A stretch of DNA of 64,000 bases, from the NCBI GenBank assembly GCA_040954595.2, contig CM082590.2:5642001-5706000 (forward strand). The letters run 5' to 3'. The DNA comes from Balanoglossus misakiensis (Eukaryota > Animalia > Hemichordata). The position numbers were made by a program, and so were the translations under genes. The number at the start of each line of letters is the position of its first letter. The stretch's first letter is position 1. The notes beneath the pieces are model-generated. The model was not told where the DNA came from and did not search any database. It worked only from the letters and a program-made list of their open reading frames with translations. Of this stretch, positions 49,401 to 59,750 are shown in pieces.

Positions 49401-49430
49401 GAAGAAATTGCGAAAACACAAACGAAATGA
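8157..49430 (+). CDS. Kinase-less ROCO / DAPK1-like protein: ankyrin repeats-Roc GTPase-COR-Death domain, ~970 aa, 14 exons
   Basis: Exons 8157-8186 (tentative first exon, [10 protein letters not shown]), 22912-23010, 30222-30320, 32383-32481, 38017-38115, 40019-40120, 40764-40877, 44773-44838, 45032-45151, 45527-45766, 46086-46230, 46954-47102, 47697-47873 and 48057-49430. All are GT-AG with compatible phases and give one open frame of 2913 nt. Confidence 0.85.
9223..12321 (-). CDS. CACTA accessory protein (ORF2, TnpA-analogous), 6 exons, 348 aa
   Basis: Exons 12321-12051, 11350-11139, 10765-10704, 10249-10155, 9900-9788 and 9516-9223 have compatible phases and stay open. Ser/Arg-rich N-terminus, coiled coil ([16 protein letters not shown]), basic region, then MSDEE...TPAWR...LIKTLD. 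Confidence 0.8.
10890..11122. repeat. ~230-bp near-perfect palindrome (foldback MITE-like) in ORF2 intron 2
   Basis: CCATCTTGGAAAATGGCATAGCATTGTGGGACGATTGA is mirrored at ~11074-11110. Complementarity continues to the centre at ~11007. Confidence 0.85.
12800..18365 (+). CDS. CACTA/EnSpm-type transposase, 5 exons, 1033 aa, intact
   Basis: Exons 12800-12965, 13548-13665, 14347-14482, 14915-16073 and 16843-18365 are phase-compatible. Motifs [57 protein letters not shown] and [23 protein letters not shown]. Confidence 0.92.
16291..16704. mobile_element. Kolobok-like MITE in transposase intron 4
   Basis: TTAA-GGATGTACG...CGTACATCC-TTAA, with an internal inverted repeat AAATATAGGGGTCACCGCGCT. Confidence 0.75.
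19248..20790 (+). ncRNA. Candidate structured non-coding region inside the CACTA element; no family recognised
   Basis: Many nested and long-range stems, with wobble pairs mostly G-U on the + strand and no convincing ORF. Transcription is not shown. Confidence 0.3.
22912..23010 (+). CDS. ROCO exon: N-cap ankyrin repeat ([33 protein letters not shown])
   Basis: 99 nt, ACAG acceptor and GTAAGT donor, phase 0-0. Confidence 0.88.
23590..24719 (+). pseudogene. Ngaro-like gag, frameshifted near 23.7 kb
   Basis: [11 protein letters not shown]...PGPNC, a coiled coil, [13 protein letters not shown] and C-terminal [16 protein letters not shown]. Confidence 0.75.
25094..27530 (+). pseudogene. Reverse transcriptase-RNase H of the Ngaro-like element, interrupted by an hAT insertion
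   Basis: [35 protein letters not shown] and YLDDF. Removing 26212-27086 restores ADLVWWRTFL. Then TDAC, INALE, CDNMATV and QGQDN after a frameshift. Confidence 0.9.
26212..27086 (-). mobile_element. Internally deleted hAT-like element with 6-bp TSD
   Basis: TIR CAGAGTTTCCGGT/ACCGGAAACTCTG and TSD AGTTTG. Retains a TTF-type zinc-finger fragment LFCKVC..F..GS....SAIKRH..GTDH. Confidence 0.8.
27690..28672 (+). pseudogene. Tyrosine recombinase of the Ngaro-like element, frameshift at ~28115
   Basis: [15 protein letters not shown] (catalytic R), [14 protein letters not shown] and [12 protein letters not shown]. Confidence 0.9.
29022..29180 (-). pseudogene. Short hAT transposase remnant, third copy of the cassette sequence
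   Basis: [13 protein letters not shown] matches ~31960-32110 and ~37607-37760. Confidence 0.8.
29284..30057. mobile_element. PIF/Harbinger MITE, inverted copy of 5804-6603
   Basis: Same TIRs with TTA duplicated. Absent from the paralogous cassettes (empty site GAAACATTTATTTGTAG). Confidence 0.9.
30222..30320 (+). CDS. ROCO variable ankyrin exon 1 ([33 protein letters not shown])
   Basis: 99 nt, TTCCAG acceptor and GTACGT donor, phase 0-0, ankyrin consensus. Confidence 0.92.
30346..32130 (-). mobile_element. 5'-truncated hAT transposon (ZNF862-like transposase pseudogene), copy 1
   Basis: CAGGGGTTTC TIR-like end. Motifs [23 protein letters not shown] and [20 protein letters not shown] (hAT dimerisation domain). 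Two frameshifts. Confidence 0.88.
32383..32481 (+). CDS. ROCO variable ankyrin exon 2 ([33 protein letters not shown])
   Basis: 99 nt, TTCCAG acceptor and GTATGT donor, phase 0-0. Confidence 0.92.
33030..36510. mobile_element. Non-autonomous TIR element with CAC termini and 3-bp TSD (CMC-like), containing a LINE
   Basis: TIR CACAGGGCTCGAAATTCG/CGAATTTCGAGCCCTGTG with ATT duplicated. Empty site at ~30865 in copy 1. Confidence 0.8.
34070..36130 (-). mobile_element. 5'-truncated CR1-clade LINE; RT ORF 34132-36081 is open
   Basis: [46 protein letters not shown] and IWNNLP..FKNRLD. 3' tail (AACCT)n at ~34070-34087. Confidence 0.92.
38017..38115 (+). CDS. ROCO variable ankyrin exon 3 ([33 protein letters not shown])
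   Basis: 99 nt, TTCCAG acceptor and GTACGT donor, phase 0-0. Confidence 0.92.
38938..39993. mobile_element. Probable non-autonomous TIR element (hAT-like ends), composite interior
   Basis: AGTGTTTTTG(T/C)TAA inverted at the ends. The paralogous intron at ~40195-40263 lacks it. Confidence 0.55.
40019..44838 (+). CDS. ROCO constant ankyrin exons (40019-40120, 40764-40877, 44773-44838)
   Basis: [52 protein letters not shown] and TGKTPLDVA. All phase 0-0. Confidence 0.88.
41127..44471. repeat. 225-bp intronic satellite, ~15 highly similar copies
   Basis: Exact 225-bp period (unit ends at 41320, 41545, ... 44470) with substitutions only. Confidence 0.97.
45032..47102 (+). CDS. ROCO Roc GTPase exons (45032-45151, 45527-45766, 46086-46230, 46954-47102)
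   Basis: G1 [16 protein letters not shown]2 PTPGIDV, G3 [17 protein letters not shown] and G4-like [10 protein letters not shown]. Confidence 0.92.
46283..46626. repeat. Compound (TATG)n/(GT)n microsatellite
   Basis: Seen directly in the sequence. Confidence 0.97.
47697..49430 (+). CDS. ROCO COR and Death-domain exons (47697-47873, 48057-49430)
   Basis: [31 protein letters not shown] and LWRNG are DAPK-like COR motifs. Death-like C-terminus [23 protein letters not shown]. Confidence 0.88.
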
Positions 49431-49526
49431 ACAATAACATCATGCATGGGCATAACAATTATTTCTACTGTTATGCAAATTTGCCACCACTGGAGTTTAA
49501 TCTGACCTCGTCTCGATATGCCTATG

Positions 49527-50955
49527 GACACATCACATGGACATGAATGCAAGAATGGACACAGATCATTTATGAAGTCAATGTGAACAACTTTACTTGA
49601 AGTACATTGTAAACAGAATACCAGAGTTGTAATAATTTGTCTGATCACAATATGTCTATAGACACATCACGTACATGGACATGAATGCAAGAATGGACAC
49701 AGATCATTTATGAAGTCAATATGAACAACTTTACTTGAAGTCAGTACATTGTAAACAGAATACCAGAGTTGTTATAATTTGTCTGATCACAATATGTCTA
49801 TAGACACATCACGTACATGGACATGAATGCAAGAATGGACACAGATCATTTATGAAGTCAATGTGAACAACTTTACTTGAAGTCAGTACATTGTAAACAG
49901 AATACCAGAGTTGTAATAATTTGTCTTATCACAAAATGTCTGAATGCAAGAATGGGCACAGATCATTTATGAAGTCAATGTGAACAACTTTACTTGAAGT
50001 CAGTACATTGTAAACAGAATACCAGAGTTGTAATAATTTGTCTGATCACAATATGTCTATAGACACATCACCTACATGGACATGTCAATGCAAGAATGGA
50101 CACAGATCATTTATGAAGTCAATATGAACAACTTTACTTGAAGACAGTACATTGTAAACAGAATACCAGAGTTGTAATAATTTGTCTTATCACAAAATGT
50201 CTGAATGCAAGAATGGGCACAGATCATTTATGAAGTCAATGTGAACAACTTTACTTGAAGTCAGTACATTGTAAACAGAATACCAGAGTTGTAATAATTT
50301 GTCTGATCACAATATGTCTATAGACACATCACCTACATGGACATGAATGCAAGAATGGACACAGATCATTTATGAAGTCAATGTGAACAACTTTACTTGA
50401 AGTCAGTACATTGTAAACAGAATACCAGAGTTGTAATAATTTGTCTGATCACAATATGTCTATAGACACATCACCTACATGGACATGAATGCAAGAATGG
50501 ACACAGATCATTTATGAAGTTAATATGAACAACTTTACTTGAAGACAGTACATTGTAAACAGAATACCAGAGTTGTAATAATTTGTCTTATCACAATATG
50601 TCTATAGACACATCACCTACATGGACATGAATGCAAGAATGGACACAGATCATTTATGAAGTTAATATGAACAACTTTACTTGAAGACAGTACATTGTAA
50701 ACAGAATACCAGAGTTGTAATAATTTGTCTTATCACAATATGTCTATAGACACATCACCTACATGGACATGAATGCAAGAATGGACACAGATCATTTATG
50801 AAGTTAATATGAACAACTTTACTTGAAGACAGTACATTGTAAACAGAATACCAGAGTTGTAATAATTTGTCTTATCACAATATGTCTATAGACACATCAC
50901 GTACATGGACATGAATGCAAAAATGGACACATCATTTAAAAAGTCAATGTGAATA
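49527..50955. repeat. 142-bp tandem repeat, ~10.5 copies (some ~118-bp variants), just 3' of the ROCO stop
   Basis: GACACATCAC.TACATGGACATGAATGCAAG... at 49527, 49661, 49803, 50062, 50323, 50465, 50607, 50749 and 50891. Confidence 0.95.
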
Positions 50956-50961
50956 ACTTAA

Positions 50962-51302
50962 AGTGCCTAGCTCGTCTCACACGCATGCGCGTAACTTCCC
51001 TTCGCGACAGTTTTCCCTGTGCATAGCCAGACAATGTTCAGCAAATTTTCCGTTCGATGCATTCAAATAGTGGACTGCCTTCGCTTCCTTCCATATTTCA
51101 CGCGCACCGTATAAGTAGATTCTGGTTTTGTCCCTCCTTTTCACCCAAGCTGGTGTCTTTTCCCGATCTCCGACACAGATTATGGTCGCCGCCATCTTGT
51201 CTGTTGTTAGGACAGAGCACTGCCTTATAGGATTGACTGTTCACTAAACGTCTGTAACCAGCGGCTACAGCTGGAACATGCGTGTGAGACGAGCTAGGCG
51301 CT
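50962..51302. mobile_element. Kolobok-like MITE
   Basis: 26-bp TIR AG(T/C)GCCTAGCTCGTCTCACACGCATG with TTAA on both sides. Confidence 0.8.
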
Positions 51303-51698
51303 TTAAAATATTCCTTTATTGTCATATATACCGTATCTGAAAGAATCTCAACATATTATAAGGAAATACTAGTATGTTTTTAATTGTCGAATGCTTTCTT
51401 TCTAGCAAAATATCTATCCACAAATTTCATAAACTTCAATAGTTTAACATCATAGTTTTTTTTTGGGGGGGGGGTGGGGTTGGGTGGGGGTGATTGATTG
51501 GGAGTTTTTTTTGGTAGATTTTTATATTTCTTTCAATAAATTACTTGCCGCAAATATTAGTATGCTTTTCTTCTTTTCATGTTACCAACGAAATATGGTA
51601 TACATTACATCTAAAGGAAAAATTATTTTTCTGAAAATCTGTCCGGACGCATAAGTGAACAGCCCAGATACAGTGCATGATTATGGCATACCATAGTC

Positions 51699-52110
51699 TT
51701 AAAGGAACAAAGTCTCTCTCTCGCTGCCCCTTTTTCATTAATTATGTTTGATACAAGACACTGTTTATGTTATTCTACATGTGGATATATAGTGAATCAA
51801 TGTTCAACCACACACAACTTCCATCCCACTTGTAGACACGAGAGTGAAAAACTCGCCAAAATGAATAAAAGGTGTTTACAAATGTTCCTCAATTCTTGCT
51901 GCCTTAGATAGGTTTTTGCTTCATGCTAGGGGGTCAAATCACATTATAATAATTGCATTCTGGGTAAAAGGTCGACAATTCACTGTAGTAAAAAATAGAA
52001 GAAATGATATTTTAACTGTATTTCATGACTTCCTTTGGTCAAACATTTTGTCTTTGAAGTAGAATATTTAACTCATTCAACTTTTTTCACACTTTGTTAT
52101 TTTTCCTGTT
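51699..52110. repeat. Dispersed repeat homologous to ~3550-3700 and ~3835-4100
   Basis: Shared AACAAAGTCTCTCTCTCGCTGCCC...GTTTATGTTATTCTACATGTGGATATA...TTGTAGACACG. Confidence 0.7.
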
Positions 52111-52612
52111 TATACAAACTTTATTTTATTGATAATTTTAGTTTCAAACTACAAAATGTCATTATAGTCCAGATGGTATGGGTATTCTATTAAGTTAACA
52201 TATTCCAAAAATGATGTGATAAACAGACTATCTACCAATATTGGAATTGTTTTTTGATGAGGCTGTTGAATGATAGTAGCCTGTTATTTCCAGAGTGCAG
52301 TGATGAGGGCGCTATTCAAATAGCAATTTGCCTGTAGACTGTTTACAGACATTTTTACACTGACACGTACAGCATGTATTGCTTTCAAGATGTGAATCAG
52401 AGAAATGCAGTGATGCTATTTGTTTTGTGCTAGACAGACAGGATGGGAAAAGTAGCAGGCTTGTCTCATGGTATTTGCATATTCACCTCATGAATATGTA
52501 TGTTTTTATGGCATTTATGATTATGATAGATTGGCCGTGATGATGTCTGTTTAAATTGACCAATGACAACAATGAGAGAATATGTAGATATAGTACTTAT
52601 AGGTTATTAAAC

Positions 52613-52618
52613 GTGTGT

Positions 52619-52676
<58 letters not shown>
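52613..52676. repeat. (GT)n microsatellite
   Basis: Seen directly in the sequence. Confidence 0.97.
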
Positions 52677-52678
<2 letters not shown>

Positions 52679-53441
52679 GAATACCCGTCTGTTGCAACAA
52701 TGACGACTAGGCCAGCACTTGCTACATGTAGCTGCAATTCCGTTGCTGCAGGTTTTGCCGAACTGCCAGTCGAGCACATCTTGGAGTGACTCTACCATTC
52801 TCGAGATCGAATCAGCATTTTCATATGTTTACTATTGACCTTCACCACGCCTGTTCTGTTCGCTTACCTGTGCACTTTCAGATTACTTGGTTCTTTGAAG
52901 CTCTGGTTTTGCCGTCAACCACTGAAACCAATTAGGCAAAACCTGCAGCTACTGAACTGCAGCTAAGGAGAGTTACAAAGGATGGATTCAAATGGGGACA
53001 TATTGACACAGTCAGCTCTGCATCGATCATCACTGCTCAGTTAAACAGACTGTGGGGATTTCTGTTTTTTTTTTTTATGGACACTGGAATTATTTCAGTG
53101 ATATTTCAGAGGACAGGTGAATTGTCGATTTCTTAATGAATTAGTTTCTTGGTTGTTATAGTAATACAATAGCAACTGTTGACTGCAAACACTTTGTGCG
53201 ATGTGTGGTTGACCTTGATTGAACTCGGGCGGGCGGGCTAGTGTGGACTTGTGTTGTTGTCTAACCAAATCAACAATCAAACTGGGTCAGAATAAAAAAA
53301 AATAGGTTGACAAAACTGAACTGAATGTTTTTTTCATAGTTCTCTATTTCTGCACAGGAGAAAGTTATCGGCACTTTTCTCGCACAAATCACGTTTTAGT
53401 TTTCTTATAGCCATTCCGTAAAGTGGTGGCAATTTATTTAT

Positions 53442-56271
53442 GTCTACAAGATATCAAAATCAGGACTTTGGGGTCAAGTCATATGTATTATGGAATGGTC
53501 AGTTTCTTCAGCCTAGGGGGGTCTACAGAATACCAAAAACAGCACTTTGGGGTCAAGTCAAATTATTAGGGTCTGGTCAGTTTCTTCAGCCTGGGGGGGG
53601 GGGGGGTCTACAGAATATCAAAAACAGCACTTTGGGGTCAAGTCATATGTATTATGGAATGGTCAGTTTCTTCAGCCTAGGGGGGGGGTCTCTACAGAAT
53701 ATCAAAAGAACATTGGGGTCAAGTCATATTTATTTAGGGTCTGGTCAGTTTCTTCAGCCTGGGGGGGGGGGTCAACAAAATATCAAAAGAACATTGGGGT
53801 CAAGTCATATTTATTAGGGTCTGGTCAGTTTCTTCAGCCTGGGGGGGGGGGGTCTACAAAATATCAAAAACAGGACTTTGGGGTCAAGTCATATGTATTA
53901 TGGAATGGTCAGTTTCTTCAGCCTAGGGGGGTTCTACAGAATACCAAAAACAGCACTTTGGGGTCAAGTCAAATTATTAGGGTCTGGTCAGTTTTCTTCA
54001 GCCTGGGGGGGGGGGGGTCTACAGAATATCAAAAACAGCACTTTGGGGTCAAGTCAATATGTATTATGGAATGGTCAGTTCTTCAGCCTAGGGGGGGGGT
54101 CTACAGAATATCAAAAAGAACATTGGGGTCAAGTCATATTTATTAGGGACTGGTCAGTTTCTTCAGCCTAGGGGGGGGGGGGGTCTACAGAATATCAAAA
54201 GAACATTGGGGTCAAGTCATATGTATTATGGAATGGTCAGTTTCTTCAGTCTGGGAGGGGGGTCTACAGAATACCAAAAACAGCACTTTGGGGTCAAGTC
54301 ATATTTATTAGGACTGGTCAGTTTCTTCAGTCTGGGAGGGGGGTCTACAAAATATCAAAAGAACATTGGGGTCAAGTCTTTATTTATTAGGGACTGGTCA
54401 GTTTCTTCAGCCTAGGGGGGGGTCTACAGAATATCAAAAGAACATTGGGGTCAAGTCATATTTATTAGGGACTGGTCAGTTTCTTCAGCCTAGGGGGGGG
54501 GGTCTACAGAAATATCAAAAGAACATTGGGGTCAAGTCATTTTATTAGGGACTGGTCAGTTTCTTCAGCCTAGGGGGGGGGGGTCTACAGAATATCAAAG
54601 AACATTGGGGTCAAGTCATATTTATTAGGGACTGGTCAGTTTCTTCAGCCTAGGGGGGGGGGGTCTACAGAATATCAAAAGACCATTGGGGTCAAGTCAT
54701 ATTTATTAGGGACTGGTCAGTTTCTTCAGTCTGGGAGGGGGGGTCTACAAAATATCAAAAGAACATTGGGGGTCAAGTCAAATTATTAGGGACTGGTCAG
54801 TTTCTTCAGCTAGGGGGGGGGTCTACAGAATATCAAAACAGACTTTGGGGTCAAGTCATATTTATTAGGGACTGGTCAGTTTCTTCAGTCTGGGAGGGGG
54901 GTCTACAAAATATCAAAAGAACATTGGGGTCAAGTCATATTTATCAGGGACTGGTCAGTTTCTTCAGCCTGGGGGGGGGTCTACAAAATATCAAAAGAAC
55001 ATTGGGTCAAGTCATATTTATTAGGGACTGGTCAGTTTCTTCAGTCTGGGAGGGGGTCTACAAAATATCAAAAGAACATTGGGGTCAAGTCATATTTATT
55101 AGGGACTGGTCAGTTTCTTCAGCCTGGGGGGAGTCTACAAATATCAAAACAGGACATTTGGGGTCAAGTCATATTTATAAGGGACTGGTCAGTTTCTTCA
55201 GTCTGGGAGGGAGGGGGGTCTACAAAATATCAAAACAGGACATTTGGGGTCAAGTCATATTTATAAGGGACTGGTCAGTTTCTTCAGTCTGGGAGGGGGG
55301 GTCTACAAAATATCAAAGAACATTGGGGTCAAGTCATATTTATTAGGGACTGGTCAGTTCTTCAGCCTGGGGGGGGTCTACAAAATATCAAAACAGGACA
55401 TTGGGGTCAAGTCATATTTATAAGGGACTGGTCAGTTTCTTCAGTCTGGGAGGGAGGGGGGTCTACAAAATATCAAAACAGGACATTTGGGGTCAAGTCA
55501 TATTTATTAGGGACTGGTCAGGTTTCTTCAGTCTGGGAGTGGGTCTACAAATATATCAAAATATCAAACAGGACATTTGGGTCAAGTCATATTTATTAGG
55601 GACTGGTCAGTTTCTTCAGTCTGGGAGGGAGGGGGTCTACAAAATATCAAAACAGGGACATTTGGGGTCAAAGTCATATTTATAAGGGGACTGGTCAGTT
55701 TCTTCAGTCTGGGAGGGAGGGGGGTCTACAAAATATCAAAACAGGACATTTGGGGTCAAGTCATATTTATTAGGGACTGGTCAGTTTCTTCAGTCTGGGA
55801 GGGGGTCTACAAAATATCAACATATTCAAACAGGACATTTGGGTCAAGTTCATATTTATTAGGACTGGTCAGTTTTCTTTCAGTCTGGGGAGGGAGGGGG
55901 GGTCTACAAAATATCAAAACAGGACTTTTGGGTCAAGTCATATTTATAAGGGACTGGTCAGTTTCTTCAGCCTGGGGGGGGGTTTTACAAAATATTAAAA
56001 CAGCACTTTGGGGTCAAGTCATTTTATTAGGGACTGGTCAGTTTCTTCAGTCTGGGAGGGAGGGGGGTCTACAAAATATCAAAACAGGATTTGGGGTCAA
56101 GTCATCTTTATAAGGGACTGGTCAGTTTCTTCAGCCTGGGGGGGTCTACAAATATTAAAAACAGCACTTTGGGGTCAAGTCATATTTATTAGGGACTGGT
56201 CAGTTTCTTCAGCCTGGGGGGGGGTTTACAATATATCAAATCAGGACATTGACGTCAGACATATTTATTAG
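53442..56271. repeat. ~79-bp satellite with a poly-G tract, ~35 copies
   Basis: GTCTACA(G/A)AATATCAAAA...GGGGTCAAGTCATAT...TGGTCAGTTTCTTCAG..Gn. Confidence 0.95.
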
Positions 56272-56938
56272 TCTTGATGAAAATGCTGTATCTTCAGTAA
56301 TTAATGATACTTTCATCTGGTGAAACCTTCCTCCATAGAAAACAATGGGTTTGACTGATCTATGGTGGTGAAAGGGTTAAAGGCATGTCAAAATACTTTA
56401 AGGTAAACTTCAAATACATTTTTAGAACTTTACTATCAGTGATGATACTGTGAAGAATGACTTCCTGCAGACTTGACTTGTTAATACTTTGTGAACAAAA
56501 ACAAATAGTTTAAAAATCGTTTCTCGTGAAAGATAGACATACATGTAGGTATGTTTTCAGAAGTCATTTCCCCATTTCTGGTATTACATGTAGTAGTCTA
56601 TTTCTAAAGGCAAAATTGACTTCTTTGTCACATGCTTGGTTAGAATAGCATTCCACATTTTACTTTCCAATGCAATCTGTTTACATTACAGAATTCTTTT
56701 TATACAGTTAGGTTGTCAACCATCACAGATGTGATATACTCATTCTTTTTACATCTAAAATTACTTTGCGATGTCAAAATTCAGTGGGAATTTAGAAACA
56801 AGATAACAAAAGCCAAAAGTGACTACATTTACTCACAATGATTTGTTTTGTACAATTTACCCTTTGGATCCAGCTATCACAGGAATAGGTGCAATAATTG
56901 TAGCCTTGGTAGGCTGCTTGATTGCTGATGGGTGGCTT

Positions 56939-58266
56939 GATCAACCAGCCCACCTAGGCTACAATTATTGCAGCTATCATAGGAAGGGCACATTTGGAAC
57001 GACCCCCCCCCCACACACACACAATTTGGGCGAAGAAACAATATATATCTGATGCACTCTACAAGTTGCACCCAAATATTTTTAAAGAATGTTTTCAGAA
57101 AAGCAACTTTGGATCAAGCAGCCCACCTAGGCTACAATTATTGCAGCTATCATAGGAAGGGCACATTTGGAACAACCCCCCCCCCCCCACACACACACAC
57201 ACAATTTGGGCGAAGAAACAATATATATCCGATGCAGTCTACAAGTTGCACCCAAATATTTTTAAAGAATGTGTTCAGAAAAGCAACTTTGGATCAACCA
57301 GCTCACTTAGGCTACAATTATTGCAGCTATCATATGAAGGGCACATTTTGAATAACCCCCCCCCCCCCCACACACACACACACACAATTTGGGCGAATAA
57401 ACAATATATATCCGTTGCAGTCTACAAGTTGCACCCAAATATTTTTAAAGAATGTGTTCAGAAAAGCAACTTTGGATCAACCAGCTCACTTAGGCTACAA
57501 TTATTGCAGCTATCATAGGAAGGGCACATTTTGAATACCCCCCCCCCCCCCCACACACACACACACAATTTGGGCGAAGAAATAATATATATCTGATGCA
57601 CTCTACAAGTTGCACCCAAATATTTTTAAAGAATGTTTTCAGAAAAGCAACTTTGGATCAACCAGCCCACCTAGGCTACAATTATTGCAGCTATCATAGG
57701 AAGGGCACATTTGGAACAACTCCCCCCCCCCCCCCCACACACACACACAATTTGGGCGAAGAAACAATATATATCCGTTGCAGTCTACAAGTTGCACCCA
57801 AATATTTTTAAAGAATGTTTTCAGAAAAGCAACTTTGGATCAACCAGCCCACCTAGGCTACAATTATTGCAGCTATCATAGGAAGGGCACATTTGGAACA
57901 ACCCCCCCCCCCCCACACACACACACACACAATTTGGGCGAAGAAACAATATATATCCGTTGCAGTCTACAAGTTGCACCCAAATATTTTTAAAGAATGT
58001 TTTCAGAAAAGCAACTTTGGATCAACCAGCCCACCTAGGCTACAATTATTGCAGCTATCATAGGAAGGGCACATTTGGAACAACCCCCCCCCCCCCCCCA
58101 CACACACACACAATTTGGGCGAAGAAAAAATATATATCTGATGCACTCTACAAGTTGCACCCAAATATTTTTAAAGAATGTTTTCAGAAAAGCAACTTTG
58201 GATCAACCAGCCCACCTAGGCTACAATTATTGCAGCTATCATAGGAAGGGCACATTTGGAACAACC

Positions 58267-58297
<31 letters not shown>

Positions 58298-59719
58298 AAT
58301 TTGGGCGAAGAAAAAATATATATCTGATGCACTCTACAAGTTGCACCCAAATATTTTTAAAGAATGTTTTCAGAAAAGCAACTTTGGATCAACCAGCCCA
58401 CCTAGGCTACAATTATTGCAGCTATCATAGGAAGGGCACATTTAGAACAACCCCCCCCCCCCCCCCCACACACACACACAATTTGGGCGAAGAAACAATA
58501 TATATCTGATGCAGTCTACAAGTTGCACCCAAATATTTTTAAAGAATGTTTTCAGAAAAGCAACTTTGGATCAACCAGCTCACCTAGGCTACAATTATTG
58601 CAGCTATCATAGGAAGGGCACATTTGGAACAAACCCACCCCCCACCCCACCACACACACACACATTTTGGGGCGAAGAAACAATATATATCTGATGCAGT
58701 CTACAAGTTTGCACCCAAATATTTTTAAAGAATGTTTTCAGAAAAGCAACTTTGGATCACCAGCTCACCTAGGCTACTAATTATTGCAGCTATCATAGGA
58801 AGGGCACATTTGGAACAACTCCCCCCCCCCCCCCCACACACACACACAATTTGGGCGAAGAAATAATATATATCTGATGCACTCTACAAGTTGCACCCAA
58901 ATATTTTTAAAGAATGTTTTCAGAAAAGCAACTTTGGATCAACCAGCCCACCTAGGCTACAATTATTGCAGCTATCATAGAAAGGGCACATTTGGAACAA
59001 CCCCCCCCCCCCCCCACACACACACACACAATTTGGGCGAAGAAACAATATATATCTGATGCAGTCTACAAGTTGCACCCAAATATTTTTAAAGAATGTT
59101 TTCAGAAAAGCAACTTTGGATCAACCAGCTCACCTAGGCTACAATTATTGCAGCTATCATAGGAAGGGCACATTTGGAACAACCCCCCCCCCCCCCCACC
59201 ACCACACACACACACAATTTGGGCGAAGAAACAATATATATCTGATGCAGTCTACAAGTTGCACCCAAATATTTTTAAAGAATGTTTTCAGAAAAGCAAC
59301 TTTGGATCAACCAGCCCACCTAGGCTACAATTATTGCAGCTATCATAGGAAGGGCACATTTGGAACAATCCCCCCCCCCCCCCCACCACACACAGAGAAT
59401 AATATAGATCCGATGCAGTCTACAAGTTGCACCCAAATATTTTTAAAGAATGTTTTCAGAAAAGCAACTTTGGATCAACCAGCCCACCTAGGCTACAATT
59501 ATTGCAGCTATCATATGAAGGGCACATTTGGAACAACCCCCCCCCCCCCACACACACACACAAGTCAATTTGGGCGAAGAAACAATATATATCCGATGCA
59601 CTCTACAAGTTGCACCCAAATATTTTTAAAGAATGTTTTCAGAAAAGCAACTTTGGATCAACCAGCTCACTTAGGCTACAATTATTGCAGCTATCATAGG
59701 AAGGGCACATTTTGAATAC

Positions 59720-59750
<31 letters not shown>

